Shown here: piece after piece, positions 22,085-32,118 of the stretch
Position numbering within the stretch: position 1 is the stretch's first letter
Layout of the letters: every line of letters begins with the position of its first letter
Assembly (NCBI GenBank): GCA_043228905.1
Contig: JBHGNT010000356.1
Location: 1-32,118, forward strand
Reading direction: 5' to 3'
Origin: Azolla caroliniana
Lineage: Eukaryota; Plantae; Polypodiophyta
DNA length: 32,118 nt
The notes under the pieces: generated by a model
The model's input: only the letters and a program-made list of their open reading frames with translations
Told to the model about the DNA's origin: nothing
The model's database searches: none
Made by a program: the position numbers and the translations under genes

Positions 22085-22369
22085 GTATGTACACATTTGC
22101 TAGTATATGCAGAATTGGAAGAGTGGTTTAATATAATATTAGGATGCAATAATTCCCTATCATATGGCATAGTACCATATTAGGATGTATGCATGCATGT
22201 TGCTTAATACTTAATCATATGGTTTAATACTGTATTAGGATGTGTGCATATGGTTCAGAGTTTTTTGTCCTTTTTAGTAATGTCTAATCAGAGCATGGAA
22301 ATCCTCAAAAAACAGTAAACAGAAATGGAAAAACTTCCAGAGTTTCCACTTTTGATGACGTGAAGAGAT

Positions 22370-22561
22370 ACAATATTGCGGCTAGAAGTGAGGGAGAATG
22401 ATAGACTACAAAGGGATGATTTTGTTGGGCAAGCTTGCTTTCCCGTGCGAGAGATGAAGACAGGTATACGGTCGGTACCTTTGAAGAGTAAAGATGGAGA
22501 TTCAGTATCATCTAAGCTCCTATGTATGATAAAGGTACAATCTTTGAATTGCCTGAACTAG
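22370..22561 (+). CDS. PLC: PI-PLC terminal exon (ILRLEVRENDRLQRDDFVGQACFPVREMKTGIRSVPL...); 5' boundary uncertain or disrupted
   Basis: Classic PLC C2 end DDFxGQxCxPVxExxxGIRxVPL, stop TAG at 22559-22561. The expected VPELA start and a clean in-frame acceptor are missing. Confidence 0.8.
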   Translation, partial: TILRLEVRENDRLQRDDFVGQACFPVREMKTGIRSVPLKSKDGDSVSSKLLCMIKVQSLNCLN

Positions 22562-24785
22562 TAGTGGCCCAAATTGTAGCATAATTTTTTTTCTATATTG
22601 TTTCGATTATAAAAAAACAAAACAACCCAAAATTTAACAGTCACATTTGTTTACTGCAAAATGTGTTCCCATTACTTCTTGATTCAAGTAGGGAATGGGG
22701 ATAGAGCATTGCCAGAAACATAGCAGTAATTGCATTCGCAGAATGTTTACTTGAACCTCGAAAGGTCTAGCCCTCTGTTTCATGGAAGTAGATACTCTTT
22801 CGTTACTCTTGTTTTATTTTGCATGTATGTAAACTGCAAGACAAAAACAATTAGACTTCTTTATGAATCCATTCAAGATCAACAGGACAGCTCTTTGATT
22901 TTTACACTCTAGATTATTTTCTAGTTCTTGTTTTTACTCATGCTAAATTTTTTGTCTGGATGAGACCTTGCATGGCATTTCTCGTGTATCATTTTTTGGG
23001 TCTCATATGTGACATTAGAAACAAAGCTAAAATTCAAAAACCGCACAACCATTTTATTGGGATCTTTCATGTATAAAAAGTACTGAAATTCTCGCCATGT
23101 TGAATCACCATGGTGGTTTATATATCCTTGACTCCCTTGTAAAGATATTGCATTTGTTCATACTAAAGGGTGCATGTGGGGAATACAATTACACATACAT
23201 TTCTTGTCCAACATTATGAATTTGGGAAAACATAAAAAAAATTGCACTCCATTTGAGGGCAATATTAATCCAATGCATATGAGTGCAAATATCATTTTTA
23301 ATTCATGTAGTGTAGTGATAATCTGAATGGAACATATAAAACTTATGCCTATTGCGTAGGATAGATTACATTACTGATACCCTTAATTCCTAATAATATC
23401 AAAATGTTCCCTTTGTTGAGAAACTATGTCATAAAATGAGGAACTATGGTGTTGGCTACCAAGCATTTCATAGAAGATATAAAACAGATTAACAATGACA
23501 ATTTTGACCATAGTGATATTCAAAACCTTTTGCCCATCAGTTTTGCAGTTGCTTGAAAAAGGGTTTTTCTTTTTTTCTTTTAGCAACACCTTATATTACT
23601 AGTGGAAAATGTCGAAGTGAGATGAAAACCCACAAAGATAGTCTATAAGTTTTCACTACTGAAAATAAAAGTGAAATGTTTGTTCAAAGATTTCAACAAT
23701 TTGAAAACAATCACAAAGAGATTGCTTGAGAGAGAACCTAAAGAAACAACAGTAAGTAGTGTAGTTACCCAAAATGACACACATGGTTCTAACTTACCCC
23801 AATGGTTCAAAGCAACCACGATTTTCAGTCAATTGAAAAACTAGCATCTGGCAAATGATGAGGAAGGAGACCGAACAACCAAAACAAATTTTCATGCCAT
23901 GTTTAGAAACTTGAGTCTAAGATTACCTTAAGTTTACAAATAAAAGTTCTTGTTGATGAAACAATCCATAACAAATGAAGTGGTGTTTTTGATCCTCTAT
24001 GACATCACATACAAAGAGAATGGCTAATTCTCTTGCTCTTTAAGTGGAGTTCAATTGATAATATACCCCACAAGCATCACCACAAGAACATTATTTTTTC
24101 AAGTGGCAATCCTTGTTTCTAAAGTGTAACAAATCTAGTCTTCCACCATATCTCTAGTTTGGTGATTTGCTAGAGAGCATTCCCATGACCTTGAACCCAA
24201 GGAGGAGGTAGTAGTAGCATGCAAACATTATAAATTGATAATGCATAAATGCAGACACTTAAATATTGTCCTTTAATTGGCAATTCAAGAGCCTATGTGA
24301 TGCCTCTTGTGGTGGCAGGAGGAGTAAATTGAAGTATTTGATAAAATATTTTCATATCATATGTATTTGTGATGTGAACCCAAATTATGACGTATTGTGG
24401 CATCTCGAAAGTACATGTACCCCCTCATTAAGCACGTAAAAAATATGATATAATACCTTGTTTGGCTAAAAAGAATGATCTATGGAGTTCCATATAGGTT
24501 AATGAGGTTATAATGGAAACACCAATGGAGACTCTAACATCTCGTGATGAAGCTGCCAACATGCATGCCCTTGCATTCCAACTAAGATGTTGAGAATAAA
24601 CTTCCAATCTCTAACCAAATTGGTGTTAAAAGAACACCTTTGATGCAAGTCACGACCATCAAATGTGCCAAACAAATACTCCCAATAAGAGATTTCAAAA
24701 ACACCAAAATTAGGGAATCCAATGTGCAATGAAATGTGAGCTGTTGTCATTAGCGCCTCAACCTAGAATGTTTTTGGTAATTTTT

Positions 24786-26562
24786 CATGTGCAAGCGTGC
24801 TTCAGACTCTCTCCATTATGGTCCGATTCATTCTCTCAGCCAACCCATTCAGCTCTGGCATTTTTGGCACGGTATACTCAAGCTGAATTCCTTCTTTTCG
24901 GCAATATTCTTCGAATGGTCCGCGGTACTCTCTGCCATTGTCCGCTTGGACTGCCTTCAACTTATAGCCGGTTTCTCTCTCGGCCCTCGCTTGGAACTCT
25001 TTGAAAAAGGATAACACTTGATCCTTCATCTTCAACACGGAAGCCTACAACTTCTAGTTATAGTCTTCTATATGCGACTTCGTGTCCACGTAGCATACAT
25101 CCGTATGCATGATTTCCAACGGCTTTTTCTTCCTCATTGGGGGCCTTGTTTGGAAGGATGTTCGATTTTGCTTACCGGCAAAGCAATCCGTGCATCTCTC
25201 AAGTTGCACGTTCTTCACCTCCGGAATGAGGTTATCCTCGGCAAGCTTCCGCATCCCCTTTTGGCTCATGTGGCACAACTTCCTGTGCCATAGTTCACCG
25301 ACTGTTTCGGCTGCCACATTCACTTCCCCATGGCATAATCGAGCATTCATTTCGTATAGTGTGTTGGTTTTTCGTGCTCGAGCCACGATTAGGCTCCCCT
25401 TGCAGAACTTCATGACACCATTCCGGATGCTACCCGTGTAGCCTTCATCATCCAGCCAACCGGTTGATAGCAGGTTCAATCGAACCTCCGAAACGTGTTG
25501 AACAACTCTAAGCACGAGTTTGCAGCCAATTGAGGTCACCAAACACACGTTTCCAATGCCAACGATTCGGCATGCTCCTTCATTTCCCATCTTTACGGAT
25601 TCGAGTTCATCAGCCCTATACGATGAGAAGCATTTCCGGTTAGGGGTGAGGTGAAATGACACACCCGAATCGACCACCCATGTCGATTCATCGCTGACAA
25701 GGTTCACTTCGTTCTGCTCGCTAATGAGCAGCAACTGCTCCTCACTTGTTGCGATCGCTGAGGTGTTCTTGCTTTCCGAAATCTTTTTCGGTTGCACACC
25801 ATCAGCTCCCCCTTTTTCCTTTCGGAAATGTCGGCAATTCTTTTGAAAGTGCCCCGGCTTCCCGCAATAGAAGCACGTGGGCCTTCCTCTCAACTTCGAC
25901 CTTGTCCTCGACTTATCTCGGTTCTGGGGACTTCAATTTCGGCTCCTTCTTCTATCCATATCACCTTGTGTTATGAGAGCCTTCTGGTCGGTATTGGACT
26001 CTCGGTCCTTCCGGTGAGCTTCTTCGTTCAACAAGCTTGACTTCACCTGCTCTAGGGATAGATGTTTCCCTTCCGGTCCTGCATTGCCCAAAGTGACAAC
26101 TAGTGTTTCCCAACTGTCCGGAAGGGATCCAAACAAGAATAGTGCAGACACGTCATCGACAAGAGGTACTTCTAGGGAGGTGGTTTGGTTCATTATTCCT
26201 TGGAAGGTATTGATGTGCTCCGCCATGCTGGAGCCATCCTGATACCGAAGTCTCACGATTTTTCTGAAGACTGAGACTTTGTTCATGACGTTCTTGTTTT
26301 CAAACATGATGCCGATCTTCTTCCATAGGACATTTGCTTCTGTTTCTTCACCGAAGTTGTTGTATAGACTCGTGTCTATAAAACATCTTATGTATGTGGT
26401 AGCTTTTAAGTGCAACGCTTCCCAAACCGCTGCATCAATCTTGTCTGGCCTTATATATCCGAACTGTACCGGCAACCAAAGATCTTTGCACATGAGCATG
26501 TCTCTCATCTTTGACTTCCACACTGAATAGAACTTAAACATGTCGCCGAACGAGTCTTCCAT
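24786..26562 (-). pseudogene. gag-PR-partial integrase of E
   Basis: MEDSFGDMFK, CFYCGKPGHFQKNC, WVVDSGVSFH, LWHRKLCH, QADNGREY; frameshifts near 25930 and 25050. Confidence 0.93.
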
Positions 26563-26578
26563 TGCTCTAATACCACTT

Positions 26579-27143
26579 TGTCGAGAATCGTGACCGGCCA
26601 CAACCGGCTTCTTGTTTGGATGTTCAGGTGCAGGGAACATAAAATAGAATGAGCTCAGACAGAGTACAAAAACAGAAATAGCACTAGAGACAGAAACACA
26701 CAATTTTAATGTGGAACCCGAAATGGGAAAAATGATGGGGGTTCACAAACCCCGAGAAACAGAATCACTATGTTAAAAAAGGAGGAGTACAACTAGAAGC
26801 TCTGAGGCAACAACCTCGAGATTCTACTTCGTCATCAGACGGCTAAAGAGTTACACATGCTCTCACTCTCACTCACTCACTATTACACATTTACAGAGGC
26901 AATGACCTTCTAAGTAACTATTTAACAATAACACATCATTAGTTTATTATGATTGCCCTAAGTACTTATAAACTAGTACACCTTTTGGGTTATTTACATG
27001 TGTAGCCCATAAGGGCATATTTAGATTATTTACAAGTATAATCTTCCGAGTTGGTTGTCTACAGGATTTCAGTTTCAGCCGAGGCTGAGTTCCTCATCAA
27101 CTGGGCTCTTCTCTTCCCATCCGGAGGGACCCGTTTCCTAACA
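26579..27143 (-). repeat. 5' LTR of E (565 bp)
   Basis: TG...CGACA followed by aag-PBS. Confidence 0.9.
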
Positions 27144-27542
27144 CTACGGGTCGGCCTGCAATGAGAAACGGTTCTGACAAATTGTCAGAAGCCTCATCTA
27201 TCTTACTATCAGCTAACCCAACATCAGCTATCCGGTAGAAGCCGACCACGGAGCACCTTCCGTGTGCACACCAAATGCTCAGGGATGTCAGCGGCACTAA
27301 GGACTGAGGGCTGTTATACCGACATGGTATAATTGAAAAGCTAGTCAATTACACCGATGTCGACTGGGCTAGTGACACATCGTATTGTCGATCCAATTCC
27401 GGTTATATGTTTTCTTTGGGTAGCGGGGTTGTAGCATGGAGCAACAAGTAGCAGCTGACAATGGCTTTGTCGAGCACTGAGGCTGAGTATCGTGGCGCTA
27501 CTGTTGCTACCGGTGAAGCCATTTGCCTTCGGTGACTGATAT
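27144..27542 (+). pseudogene. Copia fragment F: RT C-terminus / RNase H N-terminus
   Basis: QIVRSLIYLTI...YTDVDWASD...RSNSGYMFSLGSGVVAWSNK*Q...ALSSTEAEYR. Confidence 0.88.
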
Positions 27543-27597
27543 TGTTAGGAATAGTACTGAGATAGGGAAGAAATTAGTACTCAGAGAGGAATATTAG

Positions 27598-28020
27598 TGT
27601 GAAAGTGTTTTTAGAATTCAAGGTATTGACGATTTGAAGATTGCTGTGTCATAGATAAGAATAGGACTCGATGAAAAACTCTAAAAAAAGCGTGGAAAAG
27701 AAAGCAAGGGAAAGTTATCTAGTTGAGAAGAGTTTTATATCAAAGAAGAAGAGTAAGGTGGTGTAAGGGAGTCTCTTTTTTGTGATGATTTCTTTCCAAT
27801 TCATGTAGTGTTGTTTGAATTCTTATCAATAGATATTTATAGTTGTATCTTCTTTCTCTCTTCCTTGTGATGTTTTCTTGCCTATTCACGTAGTTTTGGT
27901 TGAGTTGTTATCAATTTATCCTTGTAGACTTGGATTTATGTATCTTCTTTCTCTCTTCCTTCCATCATAATTATTCATTAGCAATAGATCTTTGTGGTTT
28001 TGGCTCTGTTTATCTTCCTT
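27598..28020 (+). repeat. 5' LTR of H (423 bp; lacks a 274-bp internal segment and the last 31 bp)
   Basis: Aligns to 30627-31323 with one gap. Confidence 0.92.
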
Positions 28021-28091
28021 TTGGCGCTCCAGGGAGGGCCGATCTTTTCTGCATCTTGGGAAGATTGATTGTGTCTTAGTATTATGTGGAG

Positions 28092-30377
28092 ATGGCTTTT
28101 CAATTTTCCTTTGTAGGTGATGGTGTTCAGGATGCGGGAGGCTTTTTGGCATCCTTCGAGCATCACACGGTTTCAATTGGGAAGGTGAAGGACATAGAGA
28201 AACTTCCCTTGTTGGTGGCGAATTTCTACTCAAGGGCCCAAGAGTGGTATGAGTCCTTGTCTCCCAACCAACAAACCAACTACCAAATACTGGTTCAAGA
28301 ATTTTGAAGCAGGTTCATCCGTCGTTGTAATGTGATCTATGTGCGAGAGGAACTCTTTGTGTTGCGCATGTCAACATCTATGGAGTGTTCCGAGTATGAG
28401 AGGGTGTTCAAAGAGCTTTGGTTAACATGGATCTGTCTACGAGGAGGCATAGAGGATGAGTGGTTCAAGATGGATCGCTTCAAGGCGGGCTTGAATCCTT
28501 ACTTTGCAATGGAGGCGAATTTGAAGGACCCAACCAATTTTCAAACTCTTCTACAAGTGTGTCAAATTTATGATAGACAACTAAAAATGATGCGGATGGT
28601 AGCCGATACAATGGTGGCGATAACCGATAATCCAAGAATTGATGGAACTTTCCCCGAGCAACTAAATCGACGCCTTGATGAGCTAACGAATCAATTTCAC
28701 CAAATGCAAGCAAGTTTAAACACTAATCAAGTTCGAGAGGTGCTACAAGAAAAGTGAGTTCTGATTTGTTACTCTTGTGGTGTTGAAGGCCATATTGCTA
28801 CACGGTGTCCATTGAGACGACAATGAGGTTTAGGACGAGGTGTCTATCAAGTTCAAGGCGGTTCAAATTTCCCTAACAACCATGCAAACAACAATAATCA
28901 AGCTTTTATGGATGGAGGACCTTTGCCAAAGACTCAAGTTCCAGCAATACCTCCCAATGTAAATCTTCTTGATTTTATGTATGATACTAACTATAATTGT
29001 GATGTTGTTCCAATTAAGAGAACTCAAGCAAACCATAAGGGAAAAGAGGTGGAAGAGGAGTCAAATAATCATCAAATAAAGAAGAAAGCTAAGGAGTCTA
29101 AGATGGAGAATCCTTCAAAAAGACGTCGTTCACGGAGAAAGTTCAATATGGAGGACATGCCCATGGGGAAAGGAGTGGAGCCTTTCGACTTCAACCAAAA
29201 GTTGATTACTAATGGACCCCGGATCACTTGGCCACAACTTCTTCAACTCTCTCAAAAAATACGGAAGGAATGGGGACGACTAGCGAGTATACGTCAAAGT
29301 ACCAAAAAAGTGTAGTATGCGAGAGTTGTACGAGTGAAGGAACAAAAGGATATCCAACCCACTATTTCGGTAACCATGAAAGGTGATTTAATTAACGATG
29401 CCTTAGTAAAAAGTGGTTTTAGATTTGATCCTTCGTCCAATGTCATAGTGAGTAAGATTGGAAATCCTATTTGTCAAAAGTCCTCAAACATGGTTGACAA
29501 GGGTTTGGTTCCTTGTTTGGGAGCTATACAGGATAAGGTTATTGATTTTTTTGGCATATCCATTTGCATGGATCTACATGTTATACTCATTAAAGGTCCA
29601 TCTTATTCCTTAATATTAGTAAGACCTTGGATGCAAGAATTACATGTAATACATGATTGGAGTATCATGAATTTATCATCGTCAAAGGATCTACAACAAC
29701 TAATCAAATGTGTAAAGGAGAAGGAATCATCTATCGACAATGTCGACCAAGAAGAGGAAAGCATAACAAGTGATGTATCTTCGTGGGATAGGAAAAAGAA
29801 ATTGTTCCAAGTGGTGTCTACGGAGGAAGAAGAAGTTATTGAAGAGAAAAGTATTATCACCTTGGAGGAAAAACAGAAGATAATTTCAAACGATGTCCAA
29901 GGAGAAGAGAATCTAAGGTTTATTTCTCTTCTTTCTAAGTTTCCAAAGTTATTCATAATTGACTATTCACAGATAAGAGGAGAAGGCATCAAGCACCACA
30001 TCAAGTTGGAAGATTTGAAGTTTGTCTCACCTATTGTTCCAAAGAAGAATGACATCGATTTCAAAGCCTTGATTGATTCAACCAAATGAGATCAAATTTG
30101 GCTTCCTTTTCGAGATGAGATTCTAGATGAAATGGTTGGTTATAAAAAACAAGGTAGTGTGGACAATGTGTTATACCAAGAAGGAATTCAGGTCATTGAT
30201 TCAAAGATCGACGTAATTCAAAAGACGACAATTCCAATAAGTCTTGAAGCCTTGAAGGTATTTGTGCAAAAGGTCCACTCGCTTGAAAGATTCATTCATA
30301 TGTTGACATGCGTACTTCTATCAAAAGTTATGTATCCCATGGCCCTACTTGTATTTGGAGAGTTGTGGAAGATATAA
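28092..30377 (+). pseudogene. Gag (CYSCGVEGHIATRC) - degenerate aspartic protease - deleted RT remnant of H; no RNase H or integrase
   Basis: RAQEWY...F*SRF gag motifs; SYSLILVRPWM protease C-half; FVSPIV-PKKN-DIDFKAL..D...LPFRDEILDEMVG RT N-part; EGIQVIDSKIDVI...ERFI RT C-part. Confidence 0.85.
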
Positions 30378-30626
30378 TAATTGTTGTAACCTCTTTCTTT
30401 GTGTTGACAAAAGGAAAGATGGTGGTGGATATTGTCAATGTGTGTGTGTGTATGTGTCTAGGAGTGTGAGGTTTTTCCTACTGACTAGCGGGGGTTTTAC
30501 TCACATAATTTGTTTCTTTTTTATTTATTCTCTCCTTCTTTGTCTATAGTCATGTATAAGGTGAAGGAGAATTTTTGGTTTTACTAGTAGCTTAGGGTTC
30601 ACCAAGAAGCAAGGGGGAGGGCTAAA

Positions 30627-31354
30627 TGTGAAAGTGTTTTTAGAATTCAAGGTATTGAAGTCTACAAGAATATAAGGTATGGTGCGTTCACATCCGGAGG
30701 GCAAGATCACGAACCAAGGTCTCAAGGATAAGTCAAATTAAAAGCAAGAAAGATGGAGAAAAGTAAAAGAAAAAAAAAGCGAGCCACCAAAGCACTGTCT
30801 ACAATGAACGCTCATAACTCATTCTTTTGAAAGCCAAATATAATCTGCAAATATGGGTTAGAAAGCTTGTGAAGAGAGCTATCTATAGCTTTTTAAATAT
30901 CTAAATTGGGAGCTCGGACGAGGGAGATATGACGATTTGAAGATTGTTGTGTCATAGATAAGAATAGGACTCAATGAAAAACTCTAAAAAAAACGTGGAA
31001 AAGAAAGCAAGGGAAAGTTATCTAGTTGAGAAGACTTTTATATAAAGGAAGAAGAGTAAGGTGGTGTAAGGGAGTTTCTTTTTGGTGATGATTTCTTTCC
31101 AATTCATGTAATGTTGTTTGAATTCTTATCAATAGATATTAATAGTTGTATCTTCTTTCTCTCTTCCTTGTGATGTTTTCTTGCCTATTCACGTAGTGTT
31201 GGTTGAGTTGTTATCAATTTATCCTTGTAGACTTGGATTTATGTATCTTCTTTCTCTCTTCCTTCCATCATAATTATTCATTAGCAATAGATCTTTGTGG
31301 TTTTGGTTCTGTTTATCTTCCTTATCGCTCCTTTCTATCATCTCTACCTCATCA
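30627..31354 (+). repeat. 3' LTR of H (728 bp)
   Basis: TG...CA, follows the PPT, followed by the TSD. Confidence 0.93.
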
Positions 31355-31634
31355 ATTAGTACTAAGAGGAATAGAGCGTGTAGAACACTTGAGAGAAGGA
31401 GAGAGAGAGAGATGGAGGGAGAGAAAATGATGATGACAAGGATATATTATGTGAGAAGAATATAGAAGGACGGCAAGGAGGCTTAAGACTGGTGTTGAAC
31501 CGATTTGGTTCAAAATAATTCCTTGTGCCTCATTTTATAGTGTTCTCAGGAGTAGTCCTGAAGCTTCTAGAATGTTCCAGACAAATATGGAATATGCATT
31601 AATTTTCTATAATAAAACTTAATAAAATAATGTC

Positions 31635-32118
31635 TTACATATTACAATAGATAGTGTAATGGTCAAGAGTTCGACCCATGTAATATAAGGTCATGGGTTC
31701 GAGTCTTGCCATATCATATGACACTATTCCCTTTTTAAAATGACGAGTGTCACGAGTCGTTTTGGATTGAGGACCCGGTTTATCTGGATATTGACGATGG
31801 AAGTCTTCAAGAAGAGCACGAGCATTGGTCACATTCTCTATTGGTTCCCAAGTATGCTCGTTGGGACTGTATCCTAGCCAATCGACTAAATAGTAGAGCT
31901 TTTTTCGAACAATCTTGGAATCGAGGATGGTGACAACCTCGTACTCAGGTCCATCTTCAAGTTCGATCGGGGGTGGAGGTTGTGGAATACGTCCTGGGAT
32001 GGTGCTGTCTTGATAGGGTTCGAGGAGAGAACTATGAAACACTGGATGTATGCGAAGTTGCGGGGGTAGATCGAAACGAAAAGCGACATCATCAATCTTT
32101 TCGATAATACGGAAAGGA
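31635..32118 (-). CDS. Pol C-terminus of G: integrase GPF/Y-domain tail and chromodomain (5'-partial; frame runs into the 3' LTR)
   Basis: PFRIIEKIDDVAFRFDLPPQLRIHPVFHSSLLEPY...PPPP...EYEVVTILDSK...YLVDWLGY...TWEPIENVTNA...FHRQYPDKP. Confidence 0.92.
   Translation of the reverse strand, partial: PFRIIEKIDDVAFRFDLPPQLRIHPVFHSSLLEPYQDSTIPGRIPQPPPPIELEDGPEYEVVTILDSKIVRKKLYYLVDWLGYSPNEHTWEPIENVTNARALLEDFHRQYPDKPGPQSKTTRDTRHFKKGIVSYDMARLEPMTLYYMGRTLDHYTIYCNM
31645..31716 (+). other. tRNA-derived sequence (Pol III A and B boxes) inside the LTR of G; not a functional tRNA
   Basis: A box TAGTGTAATGG (31652-31662), AGGTC variable loop, B box GGTTCGAGTCT (31696-31706), canonical T8-T54 spacing; acceptor stem does not pair. 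Confidence 0.65.

Larger units (their letters stand above)
24786..27143 (-). mobile_element. Element E: 3'-truncated Ty1/copia related to A/B (5' LTR, PBS, gag, PR, partial IN)
   Basis: LTR starts TGTTAGGAAACGGGTCCCTCCGGATGGGA (homologous to A/B). PBS TGGTATTAGAGC at 26564-26575. Homology stops after NRTIMERV. Confidence 0.93.
27598..31354 (+). mobile_element. Element H: non-autonomous Ty3/gypsy-derived LTR element
   Basis: TGTGAAAG...CTCATCA with perfect TSD ATTAG (27593-27597 / 31355-31359). PBS-like TGGCGCTCCAGGGAGGG at 28022. PPT AAGGGGGAGGG at 30611-30621. Confidence 0.93.
27543..32118 (-). mobile_element. Element G: 3' end of a Ty3/gypsy chromovirus (Tcn1-like); 3' LTR = 31723-31355 plus 27597-27543, split by H
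   Basis: Integrase tail and chromodomain, PPT AAAAAGGGAATAG (31724-31736), LTR start TGTCA at 31723, LTR end CCTAACA at 27543. Confidence 0.85.

Noticed and set aside
22562-24785. Possible decayed transposon or coding remnant downstream of PLC
   Set aside because: AT-rich with only short ORFs and no identifiable motif or termini; left unassigned.
31645-31716. Functional tRNA gene
   Set aside because: Acceptor and anticodon stems do not pair; kept only as a tRNA-derived promoter-like module.

Overview
Eukaryotic (plant) nuclear DNA, probably a non-seed land plant such as a fern or lycophyte, inferred from a Tcn1-like chromovirus, an RTE-X-like LINE and the PI-PLC subtype. Most of the window is a nest of transposable elements. 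It holds six Ty1/copia elements or fragments (A 258-5447 +, B 7070-12464 +, C 6190-16753 -, D split around C -, E 24786-27143 -, F 27144-27542 +), two Ty3/gypsy elements (G, a chromovirus 3' end, -; H 27598-31354 +, inserted in G's LTR), two solo LTRs, a partial LTR at the left edge, a 5'-truncated LINE, and a probable hAT end with an adjacent ~280-bp satellite. The only host gene visible is the last three exons (C2 domain) of a phosphoinositide-specific phospholipase C at 21791-22561. No prokaryotic-type system, CRISPR array or intact RNA gene was found. The strongest leads are: the youngest copia (B, identical LTRs) appears to carry a swapped Gag capsid on an otherwise A-like backbone; a tRNA-derived A/B-box module sits in the chromovirus LTR; B is strongly enriched in CCGG; and H keeps one reading frame through Gag, a dead protease and a multiply deleted RT. 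All alignments and counts were done by eye.
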